From Candidatus Culexmicrobium cathedralense (GTDB taxonomy: Archaea > Thermoproteota > Methanomethylicia > Culexarchaeales > Culexmicrobiaceae): DNA of 64,000 bases. The stretch's first letter is position 1. The number at the start of each line of letters is the position of its first letter. Location of the stretch: positions 352,001-416,000 of the forward strand of contig JANZKC010000002.1 in NCBI GenBank assembly GCA_025061115.1, given 5' to 3'. Of the stretch, positions 1 to 10,061 are shown in pieces. The notes below the pieces were generated by a model, which saw only the letters and a program-made list of their open reading frames with translations, ran no database searches and was not told where the DNA came from. The translations under genes were made by a program, and so were the position numbers.

Positions 1-193
1 CAATAAATTTTAGCGTCACTCATTGAAAGCCCAATAATATCCGCAGTTATTTCAGCTAAAGGTATAGCGCTTCCACCAGAAACGTCATAAAACCAAATTT
101 CCGGTATCTCCTTTGAAATTTCCACTGCCACTTTTCCAAAGCCTTTATTGCTTCCATAACTGGAGGACCATAAATTTTAATGTAGGTTTTCAT
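1..193 (-). pseudogene. 5' part of a hypothetical protein gene with an apparent frameshift (pseudogene or sequencing error); runs off the window edge
   Basis: ATG at 193 preceded by GGAGAG reads MKTYIKIYGPPVMEAIKALEK. Adding one base in the T4 run at 132-135 continues it as VAVEISKEIPEIWFYDVSGGSAIPLAEITADIIGLSMSDAKIY to the edge; the unshifted frame stops early. Confidence 0.5.
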
Positions 194-337
194 AGCACTC
201 TCCAATTGATTATAAGATTTTATAAGTATTCAAATTTTGAGCATAAAAACTTACATTTTAAATCGAAATAATAACGCAGCAAATACGCTAAAAATAATGC
301 GCTAAACCCTATATTAACCAAGACCACATATAAGTTA

Positions 338-2149
338 ATGATGAAAACGACTTCAGGAATCCCATATAGAAGCAAGCTTCATGAAGTTCTAGACGACCTA
401 ATTTTAACCGCAACTGGAAAAATAAAGGCGGACCTAGTCATAAGAAATGGAAAGTTAGTGAACGTATATACTGGCGAAATTCTTGAGGAATTTGACGTCG
501 CAGTTAAGGGCGACAGAATAGCATTAATTGGAGATGCAGCCCACACCATTGGACCACAAACCAAAATCATTGATGCCTCAGGCAAATTCATCGTACCTGG
601 ACTTCTAGATGGCCACATCCATATTGAAAGCACAATGCTAACACTAACGGAATTTGCTAAAGCAGTTCTACCAAGAGGAACCACAGGCGTATTCATCGAT
701 CCTCATGAAATAGCAAATGTGCTAGGCGTGAAGGGCGTCAAGCTAATGGCAGAGGAAGCCAAAGCACTACCACTAAAGGTATTCATATGCATCCCCTCAT
801 GCGTTCCAGCTACAAGCCCAGAATTCGAAACTGCAGGAGCAGAGATAACAGCCGAAGACATTGAAAAAATGCTGAAATGGAGTGAAGTTATAGGGCTGGC
901 CGAAGTGATGAACTACCCAGGAGTCATAGAGGGAGATGAACGCATCTTAAGCAAAATTCGAGCTACACTTAGAGCCGGAAAAGTCATTGAAGGCCATGCC
1001 CCAAAACTTCTAGGCGCAAAGCTATGCGCCTATGCAGCCTCCGGAATATCGTCATGCCATGAGACTACAAGCAGAAATGAAGGCCTCGAGAAGTTGAGAA
1101 CAGGATTAACCCTAATGATTAGAGAGGGATCAGCATGGAAAGACCTAGCAGAAGTCATCAAAGTGATTACTAAAGATAAGTTAGATTCGAGAAGAGTAGT
1201 CCTAGTTACAGATGATAAGCACCCAGAAGACCTGATAAAAGAAGGACACGTCGACCACCTCATTCGAAGAGCTATTGAAGAAGGAGTGGATCCAGTAACA
1301 GCAATACAAATGGCGACGATAAACGTAGCTGAGCACTACAACCTCGACATGCACATAGGAGGAATAGCTCCCCCAAGATATGCAGACATACTAATAGTCG
1401 ATGACCTAAAGAAATTCAAGGTTTCCAAGGTCATTGCAGATGGAAAACTGATAGCTGAAAATGGCAAATTAACGATCAAAATCTCCAAATACAAATATCC
1501 GAGCTACTCTACGAAAACCATCAAAGTGAAGAGAAAAGCCTTACCTGATGACTTTAAAATCAAGGTTAATGAACGCGGGAAAGTAAAAGTTAGAGTCATT
1601 GAAGTCCAAGAGGAAAGCGCATTAACAAAGCAAAGAATTGAAGAGTTAAATGTCCAAAATGGAGAAGTTAAAGTCGACATTGAAAAAGACATAGTTAAAA
1701 TCAGCGTTATTGAAAGACATAAGGCTACTGGAAACATTAGCGTAGGATTCGTTAAGGGATTCAACTTGAAGCACGGTGCAGCAGCATCAACAGTAGCCCA
1801 CGACAGCCACAACATAATAGTTGTAGGTGCATCCGAAAAGGACATGGCAGTAGCGGTGAACAAGCTAATAGAAGCTGGCGGAGGAATGATAGCAGTTTTA
1901 GGTGGAGAAGTGCTGGCAATGGTAGAACTGCCAATAGCAGGGCTAATGAGCAATGAGGAAGCTGAGGTACTAGCCGAAAAAATTGAAAAGCTAAATGATG
2001 CTTGGAGAAAGCTCGGCTGCAAAATGAAGTCACCATACATGACGATGTCAATACTAGCCCTACCAGTAATTCCAGAGCTAAGAATCACAGATAAAGGACT
2101 TGTAGACGTAAATGAGTTTAAGATCGTTGATGTCCTAGTGAACCAATAA
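338..2149 (+). CDS. ade: adenine deaminase (amidohydrolase superfamily)
   Basis: PGLLDGHIHIES, DPHEIANV, GLAEVMNYPGV, EGHAP, CHE, IREGS, TDDKHP, STVAHDSHN and ALPVIPELRITDKGL motifs; 603 aa. Confidence 0.95.
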   Translation: MMKTTSGIPYRSKLHEVLDDLILTATGKIKADLVIRNGKLVNVYTGEILEEFDVAVKGDRIALIGDAAHTIGPQTKIIDASGKFIVPGLLDGHIHIESTMLTLTEFAKAVLPRGTTGVFIDPHEIANVLGVKGVKLMAEEAKALPLKVFICIPSCVPATSPEFETAGAEITAEDIEKMLKWSEVIGLAEVMNYPGVIEGDERILSKIRATLRAGKVIEGHAPKLLGAKLCAYAASGISSCHETTSRNEGLEKLRTGLTLMIREGSAWKDLAEVIKVITKDKLDSRRVVLVTDDKHPEDLIKEGHVDHLIRRAIEEGVDPVTAIQMATINVAEHYNLDMHIGGIAPPRYADILIVDDLKKFKVSKVIADGKLIAENGKLTIKISKYKYPSYSTKTIKVKRKALPDDFKIKVNERGKVKVRVIEVQEESALTKQRIEELNVQNGEVKVDIEKDIVKISVIERHKATGNISVGFVKGFNLKHGAAASTVAHDSHNIIVVGASEKDMAVAVNKLIEAGGGMIAVLGGEVLAMVELPIAGLMSNEEAEVLAEKIEKLNDAWRKLGCKMKSPYMTMSILALPVIPELRITDKGLVDVNEFKIVDVLVNQ

Positions 2150-4123
2150 GCTTACTGAAAAGGTGACTTCCAATAAAGGTGAGAATATAGCAGTAAAGAA
2201 CCGCCATGACTGGAACCGCAACAAAGAGCTGTAAATAGTATTGGACTTTCCAGCATCCACCAATATTAGTGGGAAAAGCAGGAAAATTAACTCAAACCTC
2301 TCTCGCCCCATGCTGAATCTGGATTTTTTCAGTGGATTGTAGAACTTCTCATCAAGATCCAATTGTTCTGCCAACTCGACATTCAGCCTATAAACTTTAA
2401 CTTCACCGCAACTCTATACCTCCAAAAACAATGCTTGAATATTAATTGCTGAATAAATAAATGGAAAACTTACACGCTCAACTTTACTTCCAATTCTAAA
2501 TATCAACTCAAGCTGATACTCCCTCAAGAAAGCTTAGGAGGGAAGCTGCCAAACCAACCATTAAAACTAACTTTAACGAGCTTTGAAGAATACACCACTA
2601 CTCCTCTTCTCCTGATAGCGAATTCAATACTTGAAATTGGAACTCTCTCAATAACCACAATCTCAGTTGAACTCGTTACGTCATTAGCCTTTGGCGAAAC
2701 CACTATTGCAAATGGAGTTACAACTTTAGATGGATTTAAAACTCGATACATTGGATCGCTAGGAAGCAAGAGTAAGTATGTGGGCCTACCACTAGCTTTC
2801 TCGTATGAAAGCATTGTGCCAGCCATGCATAGAGGATTAACTGGAATGTAGTAGCCAGTTTCATTTAGCATGACTTTAGCATCATACCTCGTATAAAGTG
2901 GAATATAATACACAATTCGCATGTTCGCAAGGAATAGGGCATTATCCTCAAAGGAGCCATCCATACTCTTAACTGCAAGAATAACCTCCTCAGAAACCCC
3001 TGACCTAACCATGAAGACTTGAGCTAAGTAAGTTGGAGCTAAAATGGCAATTATTAAGCTTAAAAATATGCTTGCAGCTATAAATCGACTTAAACGCCAA
3101 CTGGGCGCAATGGCATCAGCAGGAAAGCCCCTGCAACGCCAATGCATGCCGCATAAAATGGAAATCCAGTAAGGATTAAACAAATATCCCACGAGCCAGG
3201 GGCAACTGCAGACATTATGAAAGTAGACAATAGTGAAAGCAGAAGAAGAGAAATATCACTAGTGCGAGAAAGCAGCAGCACCAAAATCACCATTAAAAAC
3301 AAACCTATCAAATGCTCGTAGCTACCCCTTAACTTTAAATAAAACCCGAAGAGGGGACTCCGCACCGCCACCCACATAGCTTATCGCCTTACCCACATCA
3401 ATAGAAGTATACTCAGCACTATAGTACAGCGAAACGAAGTCTGCAATGAAGAACGCAGAAATCATCATCAAAGCTGAAAGCACAGCATAAGCAAGCAACA
3501 AAAGGACATCCAAATATCTTCGCTCCCAAATCCACTTAAAAAAAAGTACAGCGTAATTGAAACAAGAATTGAGGCAGTGAGCCCAGCTGTGGAGGTATGA
3601 GAAAAAGCAACGAGGCAGCTGAATAGGGAGGCTATCAGAATTTTTCGCCTGTCCATAAACTTCAACCCAATGAAATAATTTGCAACAGCAATCGGCATAA
3701 AAGCAACAGCAGCTGAATTCTTAAGCAAATGCTCGGCCATTCTAAAGCTAAACGATGAAAATGCAACTGCAAGAGATGCAAGTAATCCATCAATACTCCT
3801 ACCCCTAATGGACTTAGCAAAGTAAAAAGTGGATAAGGCAGAATCAGCTGCAAAAAGGGAAGCTGCAATTTTAACTGCAAGGGTGGCATCGCAAACTATG
3901 AAGTTTATCAAAGCTGCAACTGCAAAGCCGAGTATCGGAGCGTCGAAGTAAAGCACCCTCTCTCGCAAAGAAACTTGACTTGAAGGCTATTGTAAGGAGA
4001 ATCTGGAAGGGGAAAAGGATATGGAGTAGAATTGAGTGGAATGAAGCGCAATAGGAAGCAAAATACCCCGAGGAGAATCAATAAGATGAAATGCATCGAT
4101 TCACTCAAACATCTGAACTTCAT
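2135..4123 (-). pseudogene. fragmented multi-pass membrane protein gene, GT-C/PMT-like glycosyltransferase-related
   Basis: Chain of overlapping hydrophobic minus-strand ORFs in changing frames (3908-4123, 3468-3968, 3322-3513, 3090-3377, 2524-3192, 2135-2374). N-terminus TM-LRF...DSPYN..QV..L...YFDAP and later HLLKN and SH resemble GT-C membrane proteins. Several frameshifts plus an in-frame TAG at 2414-2416. Confidence 0.6.
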
Positions 4124-4339
4124 TAACTAGTGTTAATGCCCATGCACCATATATATCTGAAATACACCAATCGTGCATTTCAATTAATGATGCTCTACAC
4201 CTCAAAACTGAGCATAAGGGTAATGGAAAATTAGCGCAAACTAAAATGCAACAACTACTAAAGTTGTAATGCTTAAGAATTAAGATGCCAAGCAAGCAAA
4301 ATTAAAGGCTTCTAGTGAATAAAAAAGATATACTTAAAA

Positions 4340-4798
4340 TCACCTATTTGACAACCTAAACCTTCTTATCATAACTCCAGCTTGCTCTAGCAATTGCCTT
4401 GAAATGGGATCTTCATACTCACTATCGTAAACAACCTCCTTAATCTCCGCGTTTATAATAATTTTTGCACATATGGAACACGGAAAGTCTGTTACGTAAA
4501 GGGTAGCACCCCTCGTGCTAACTCCAAATACAGCTGCCTGAATTATGGCATTTTGTTCCGCATGAACACCTCGACAGATTTCATGCCTCTGGCCAGACGG
4601 TACGTTGAGCTGCTGCCTAAGGCAACCAACCTCAGCACAGTGAGGCAAACCCTTAGGTGCACCATTGTAACCAGTAGATAGAATGTGTCTATCCTTAACT
4701 AGAACTGCGCCAACCTTTCTTCTCAAGCATGTAGACCTTTCCTTGACTATATGGGCTATCTTCATGAAGTATTCGTCCCACGAAGGCCTCTTAGACAC
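4340..4798 (-). CDS. dCMP deaminase (ComEB/deoxycytidylate deaminase family)
   Basis: [33 protein letters not shown] and PCSIC zinc-deaminase motifs. Confidence 0.92.
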   Translation of the reverse strand: MSKRPSWDEYFMKIAHIVKERSTCLRRKVGAVLVKDRHILSTGYNGAPKGLPHCAEVGCLRQQLNVPSGQRHEICRGVHAEQNAIIQAAVFGVSTRGATLYVTDFPCSICAKIIINAEIKEVVYDSEYEDPISRQLLEQAGVMIRRFRLSNR

Positions 4799-4848
4799 AC
4801 CGCACCACCAATTGCGATTCTCTGATTATGCTAGCATTAGCATTATAT

Positions 4849-5484
4849 TTATTTCGATAACAACGAACTTATAAAGCTAATAAAAGCAGATACTTGACTC
4901 TCAAAGTTGAAGTCGAACAATTCATCAACAAACATTTTGGCCATCGACTTAAGAACTTCATCTGCATTCCAGTAGAGGTATGCGAGCACAGTCCTAACTT
5001 CAGGGTACATCCTTTTCAGCAATTCAAAGTTCAGCATGGTAGACCTAAGGCGAGGTGCATCAACATCGATTTTAGCTTCAACTACGACAATAGGAACATT
5101 AACCGCACCCTCAATTCTCGATACGACAACGTCTAAAGCAGACCAATACTCGCAATCACCATACCTCCAAATTAGGAGCTTCTCATTCCATAAGATTTTA
5201 AAGCCCATTCCTTCAGGGTCCACCTTAGCTCTAATTAAATCGACAATATATTCTTCAAAGCTAAATGCTCTAAACTGCCCAATCATTTGGGGCATCCCTT
5301 TAAGCACCTGCATAATCCTGTCCTTCCACTTACTTTGAATGGATTCGATGAATACCAGAAAATCCTTGAGATCAAGCGTTTCCTTCCACTTAAAGTACAA
5401 TTTTAACAATTCTTCCCCAGCCTCAACGCCTCCACTATGGCTCAACAGCCTTTTTATGTAGTCTAAAGCCCTAGTCCTTCTCAA
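4849..5484 (-). CDS. hypothetical protein with PD-(D/E)xK restriction-endonuclease-like motif
   Basis: FEEY...ALDVVV...VVVEAK pattern matches the E...D...ExK nuclease core; 211 aa; no methyltransferase nearby. Confidence 0.55.
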   Translation of the reverse strand: MRRTRALDYIKRLLSHSGGVEAGEELLKLYFKWKETLDLKDFLVFIESIQSKWKDRIMQVLKGMPQMIGQFRAFSFEEYIVDLIRAKVDPEGMGFKILWNEKLLIWRYGDCEYWSALDVVVSRIEGAVNVPIVVVEAKIDVDAPRLRSTMLNFELLKRMYPEVRTVLAYLYWNADEVLKSMAKMFVDELFDFNFESQVSAFISFISSLLSK

Positions 5485-5585
5485 GCCAAGTGCACCACGC
5501 TACTGAAATACATACAGCCAATTAAAACTAGTCGACCACAAAATTTTTAGAGTTAGGGTAGTAGGTTTGTTTAGGAGGCGCAGGT

Positions 5586-5762
5586 GTGAAGTGCCCATTC
5601 CTTTTAGATGGCAAATATTGTAGAATTAAGGGTTGGAAAATCAGCGGCGACAGGATTTTTATCTGCTTGAAGGGAGGTAACCGCTGCCCATACAAGTTGC
5701 GGTATCTGGCAAATGAGGGATATAGGGCTGGCCCTGAAATAATGTGGGCAGTTGAAAGGTAG
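5586..5762 (+). CDS. small 58-aa four-cysteine protein (not in the ORF track)
   Basis: GTG start after TTAGGAGG SD. Translates MKCPFLLDGKYCRIKGWKISGDRIFICLKGGNRCPYKLRYLANEGYRAGPEIMWAVER; TAG ends 1 nt from the convergent hxlB stop. Confidence 0.6.
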   Translation: MKCPFLLDGKYCRIKGWKISGDRIFICLKGGNRCPYKLRYLANEGYRAGPEIMWAVER

Positions 5763-5763
5763 C

Positions 5764-6375
5764 TTATGGACCCTCAATTGTCGCATGCCTAGCTTTTAAG
5801 TCTTCTTCGGTCTTCCCCAGCCTATGCATTAATTCCACAATTATCGACTCGAGAAATACCATTGCAGATATTTCAAATAAGGTGCCTAAGGGAGCCACCG
5901 GCTCATGTATGCCGAGAATTTGCCTTGAAAAGTAATCGGTTTCTTCAGAAATTTTCGTTCTGCCTGGTACAAATACTACATGGTCAGCAAGCTTCCCTAA
6001 TGGTGAGTCTGGATGAGAAGTGATAGCAATAACCCTAGCTCCAACTTGCTTTGCAACTTGAGCCACAGTCACAACTATTCCAGTTCTTCCTGAACCCGAA
6101 ATTGCAATTAGAACATCTCCCCTACCAGCTGCAGGAGTAATTGTCTCACCTATTACGTATACGTGAAAGCCTAAGTGCATGAGACGCATGGCAAAAGCTC
6201 TAGCAATTAACCCTGACCGGCCGGCTCCAGCGACAAATATAGAGCGATTACCAGCTTGCGCATAAATAAGCATGTCAATCATCTTCTCAACTTGGTCGTA
6301 ATTCAGCATTGACGGTAGCTTAGAAATGTAAGCAGCAATTTTATTAAGACATTCCCGAACAGCTTGAAGAGCCAA
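5764..6375 (-). CDS. hxlB: 6-phospho-3-hexuloisomerase (SIS domain, RuMP pathway)
   Basis: GAGRSGLIARAFAMRLMHLG, GETITPA, ISGSGRT, APLGTLFE, ARHATIE. Confidence 0.93.
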   Translation of the reverse strand: MALQAVRECLNKIAAYISKLPSMLNYDQVEKMIDMLIYAQAGNRSIFVAGAGRSGLIARAFAMRLMHLGFHVYVIGETITPAAGRGDVLIAISGSGRTGIVVTVAQVAKQVGARVIAITSHPDSPLGKLADHVVFVPGRTKISEETDYFSRQILGIHEPVAPLGTLFEISAMVFLESIIVELMHRLGKTEEDLKARHATIEGP

Positions 6376-6473
6376 ACTTTAACCTCCTACCTCCGCGAAA
6401 CCTTTCTGGAAGTGGTCTTAAAACTCTTTCTCATAGAAAGATAACGAATTAAACTTCCAGGAACACAAAATAA

Positions 6474-7349
6474 TTGAAGGTGCTGAAAATGGAAGTTGGC
6501 CAAGTCGAGAAAGTTGAAGTAAAAGTTCTAGTAGAAAATACGGCAGGAGCTAGAGAAATTTTAGGAGCACATGGATTGGCCATTCACATTAAAGCTCAAC
6601 TTAAAGCCGACAAACAGGTTAACATACTGTTTGACACAGGCCCATCAGACATGGTTTTGAAGCACAACGCCGAAATAATGAAGATAAACTTTAAGGAGCT
6701 AGACGCCATAGTGCTAAGCCATGGACACTACGACCACACTGGAGGCCTGATTGAAGCACTAAACTTAACTTCAAAAAGAATTCCAGTAGTAGCCCACCCA
6801 CACTGCTTCAACCCCAAATTCGTAGCCGACCCAAAAATCAGGTATAATGGAATACCATTCACGGATAGTCAAGTAATGAAACTTGGAAACCTAATTCTAG
6901 CCAAAGATCCCGTCAAGCTATCCCCCGGCATTATAACCACAGGAGAAGTGCCGAGAATCACAGACTTTGAAAAAATCAGGAAAATGAAAACGATAATTAA
7001 TGGAGCCGTAGTCGACGATCAAATGCTAGATGATCAGGCGCTGGTGATAAACCTCAATGGTGAGCTCATCATAGTATCTGGATGCGCCCATTCAGGAATC
7101 GTGAACACCATCATGAGGGCAATCAAGCTAACCAACATAAAAAAGATAAGAGCCGTAATTGGAGGATTCCACTTAATTGGGGCCAGTTCTGAGAGAATTG
7201 AAAAAACCATAAAATATATCGATGAAATTGGGGTTGAAAAAATAATGCCATGCCACTGCACAGGCGAAAAAGCCATGGTGAAGATGGCAATTAAGTTTGG
7301 AGAGAAATTTCAAAGGGTAGTTGCAGGCAGCGTCATAAGGTTCACTTAA
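6474..7349 (+). CDS. MBL-fold metallo-hydrolase (MJ0448-like family)
   Basis: HGL, LFDTG, LSHGHYDHTGG, DDQAL, SGCAHSG, GGFHL, PCHCTG; likely start ATG 6489. Confidence 0.88.
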   Translation: MKVLKMEVGQVEKVEVKVLVENTAGAREILGAHGLAIHIKAQLKADKQVNILFDTGPSDMVLKHNAEIMKINFKELDAIVLSHGHYDHTGGLIEALNLTSKRIPVVAHPHCFNPKFVADPKIRYNGIPFTDSQVMKLGNLILAKDPVKLSPGIITTGEVPRITDFEKIRKMKTIINGAVVDDQMLDDQALVINLNGELIIVSGCAHSGIVNTIMRAIKLTNIKKIRAVIGGFHLIGASSERIEKTIKYIDEIGVEKIMPCHCTGEKAMVKMAIKFGEKFQRVVAGSVIRFT

Positions 7350-8053
7350 ACATCCAGCTCATCAAGCCTAGCCTGTTTAAATGAGCTCCTCCCCTCATCG
7401 TACCTAGCTTCAAAGAATCTAGCAAGCTCAACACCCCTTTTTCTACCTAAACCCTCAACAAGCGCCAATTCAATTGGAGCGGCATTTACTATTCGCTTGA
7501 TGGAGCCAAACCTCCTTAAAAGCCTCTCCGCCAACTTGGGCCCAATACCGGGAAAGCTCTGAACGACAAAAAGTTGCTTCTCCCTCAAAGTTTCCAGCTT
7601 CGGCTTCCCTCTAATGACAATCCTCTTTCTAATTTCCGCCTGCTCATGCTTAATAAGCGCATAAAGAAGCTCAGCTGTTTCAAGCTCACTAGACGTGAAA
7701 AACGTAGCTACATCATAAGCCATCCAGAGAAAAGCCAAAGCACCAAAGAAAGACCTAATCCCCGCCTTGAGAGTTGAAATTGCAATGCGCACATCCCCCT
7801 CAATAATAAGCGTAGGCTTAGAGTAGGACTCAGCAAGCCTATAAGCTTGATCAAAAATCCTGCCACTACTCACGCTATTAACGAAATCCCTAGCAGTCTT
7901 CCTTTCAACCGCACAATCACTTGATAGAATGTAGTCTCCAACAGCCAACCGCTTAAATAAAACCCTAACGCCAAGAGTTCTAAGGTGCCAAGGAACTTTA
8001 CAGCCTTTCTCCCTCTCATCAACAATAGCCCTCAATGCAACCAACGCTTCCAC
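7346..8053 (-). CDS. xpf: XPF/Rad1 (ERCC4) structure-specific endonuclease, short form with HhH motifs and C-terminal PIP box
   Basis: VDERE, GDY, VERKT..DF, PGIG, EGLG; C-terminal KQARLDEL; no helicase domain. Confidence 0.9.
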   Translation of the reverse strand: MEALVALRAIVDEREKGCKVPWHLRTLGVRVLFKRLAVGDYILSSDCAVERKTARDFVNSVSSGRIFDQAYRLAESYSKPTLIIEGDVRIAISTLKAGIRSFFGALAFLWMAYDVATFFTSSELETAELLYALIKHEQAEIRKRIVIRGKPKLETLREKQLFVVQSFPGIGPKLAERLLRRFGSIKRIVNAAPIELALVEGLGRKRGVELARFFEARYDEGRSSFKQARLDELDV

Positions 8054-8086
8054 CGAAGCTTTTTAGTGCAAAGAGACTAATAGGCT

Positions 8087-9238
8087 TTGGCGGTGCCAGA
8101 ATTGGCTCTTAAAGGAAGGAACACCAAGTTTTGGCAAGGGAATGTTGCTTGCGCTGAAGGGGCAATCGCAGCAGGGTGCAGATTCTTCGCAGGATACCCA
8201 ATAACCCCCTCATCCGAAATAGCCGAAAGAATGGCTTTAAGACTACCTAAAGTTGGAGGAATATTCATCCAAATGGAGGATGAAATCGCCTCCATAAACA
8301 CCATCATAGGCGCAAGCTGGGCAGGAGCCAAAGCCATGACTGCAACCAGCGGTCCGGGATTCAGCTTAATGCAAGAAGGAATAGGATACGCCTTCATGAC
8401 CGAAACGCCATGCGTAATAGTAGTAGTTCAAAGAGTAGGGCCGGCAACGGGTCAGGCAAGCAAAAATGCGCAGGGAAACTTCATGCAAGTTAGATGGGGA
8501 ACCCACGGAGATTACGCAGCAATAGTATTGGCGCCAAACTCTGCGCAAGAAATGTTCGACTTAACTATTAGAGCATTCAACTTGGCAGAGGAATACCGAA
8601 CCCCCGTAATACTACTAGCAGATGAGTTCACAGGCCACATTCTAGAACCCGTAGAAATCCCAGAGAAAATAAGAGTAGTGAATAGAAGAAAACCTAAAGA
8701 TCTCTCCAAGCCATTCTTCGGCTCAGACGATCCAAGAGAAGTACCGCCAATGCCTGAAGTTGGAGAAGGATTCAACGTGCTAGTAACTGGATCCACACAC
8801 AATGAGTGGGGCTACAGGTTTACTTCGAATGCCGAAGTTCACAGAAAACTTGTAACTAGACTTTACTGGAAAATCGAAGGAAACGCCCAAAAAATAGCTG
8901 ACTATGAAAACGCCATCATCGACGGAGCCAAAATCGGAATAGTATCATTCGGCTGCACTTCAAGATCAGCCTACGAAGCAATTAAGAGAGCTGAGAAGAA
9001 TGGAATGAAAATAAGTCACATAAGATTGAAAACCCTATGGCCCTTCCCAGACTGGATAATTGAAGAGCTAGCCGAAAAAGTCGACGCAATAATAGTGCCC
9101 GAATTAAGCCTAGGCCAACTAGTAAGGGAAGTTGAAAGAGCAGTCCATGGAAAATGCAAGGTAATCTCCATAACGAAGATAGGAGGCGGGGAAATGATAA
9201 CTCCGAGCGAAATACTTGAAGTCGCAAGGAGGTTGTAG
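8087..9238 (+). CDS. korA: 2-oxoacid:ferredoxin oxidoreductase alpha subunit
   Basis: GNVACAEGA, YPITPSSEI, QMEDEIAS, TATSGPGFSLMQE. Confidence 0.92.
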   Translation: MAVPELALKGRNTKFWQGNVACAEGAIAAGCRFFAGYPITPSSEIAERMALRLPKVGGIFIQMEDEIASINTIIGASWAGAKAMTATSGPGFSLMQEGIGYAFMTETPCVIVVVQRVGPATGQASKNAQGNFMQVRWGTHGDYAAIVLAPNSAQEMFDLTIRAFNLAEEYRTPVILLADEFTGHILEPVEIPEKIRVVNRRKPKDLSKPFFGSDDPREVPPMPEVGEGFNVLVTGSTHNEWGYRFTSNAEVHRKLVTRLYWKIEGNAQKIADYENAIIDGAKIGIVSFGCTSRSAYEAIKRAEKNGMKISHIRLKTLWPFPDWIIEELAEKVDAIIVPELSLGQLVREVERAVHGKCKVISITKIGGGEMITPSEILEVARRL

Positions 9239-9239
9239 T

Positions 9240-10061
9240 ATGGAGCACTTCGCAATCAAGTATTTAAGGAAGGAGTGCCTGCCAACCCCATTCTGCCCAG
9301 GATGTGGCATCGGAATAGTCATAAACTGCTTCTTCAAAGCTATAGAGGAGCTAGGCTATAAAGATCTAAGAAACTTCGTATTCTGCAGCGGAATAGGATG
9401 CTCAGCATGGATTCCATCGCCCCACTTCAAAGCTGACAGCATACACTCACTGCACGGCAGAAGCATACCCATAGCATTAGGAGTAAAGCTAGTAAAACCC
9501 CACTTAAAGGTCGTAGTATTTGGTGGAGACGGAGATCTAACAGGCATCGGGCTAAACCACCTAATACACGCAGCTAGAAGAAACATAGAGATAACCGTAA
9601 TTATGGTGAACAACATGATTTACGGGATGACTGGAGGTCAAGTAGCTCCAACAACGCCTAAAGGTGCAAAAACAACCACAACGCCATACGGAAATATTGA
9701 AAAGCCAATAGACGCTGTAAAGCTAGTTAAAGAGGCCGGAGCAGTTTACGCAGCCAGATGGACAACATACCACGTAATTCCGCTTAAAAACTCAATTAAA
9801 AAGGCACTCACCAAAAATGGATTCTCATTCATCGAAGTAGTAAGTCAATGCCCAACAGCCTATGGAAGAAGAGCTGGATTCAAAAATCCAGCGGAAATGC
9901 TTAAGTGGTTCAAAGAAAACGCAATTCACATCGAAAGAGCAAAGGCAATGAGACAAGAGGAAATTGAAGGAAAAATAATTGTCGGTGAATTTGCCGACAG
10001 AGAAGCCAAAGGCCTATCTGAGAAAATTCATGAATTAATAAAGCAGCTACAGGAGGCATGA
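9240..10061 (+). CDS. korB: 2-oxoacid:ferredoxin oxidoreductase beta subunit (TPP-binding)
   Basis: FCPGCG, SGIGC, HGR, GDGD...NNMIYGMTGGQ, SQCP; start ATG 9240 after GGAGG. Confidence 0.92.
   Translation: MEHFAIKYLRKECLPTPFCPGCGIGIVINCFFKAIEELGYKDLRNFVFCSGIGCSAWIPSPHFKADSIHSLHGRSIPIALGVKLVKPHLKVVVFGGDGDLTGIGLNHLIHAARRNIEITVIMVNNMIYGMTGGQVAPTTPKGAKTTTTPYGNIEKPIDAVKLVKEAGAVYAARWTTYHVIPLKNSIKKALTKNGFSFIEVVSQCPTAYGRRAGFKNPAEMLKWFKENAIHIERAKAMRQEEIEGKIIVGEFADREAKGLSEKIHELIKQLQEA

Noticed and set aside
2414-2416. Stop-codon recoding (pyrrolysine or readthrough) at the in-frame TAG
   Set aside because: TAG terminates many conserved genes in this window and the same gene also has several frameshifts.
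4101-4295. 64-aa Cys-rich minus-strand ORF
   Set aside because: AT-rich spacer, no SD and no recognisable pattern; more likely promoter region or decayed sequence.
5604-5786. 60-aa minus-strand ORF overlapping the hxlB end
   Set aside because: Antisense to the better-supported plus-strand Cys4 ORF; no SD or motif.
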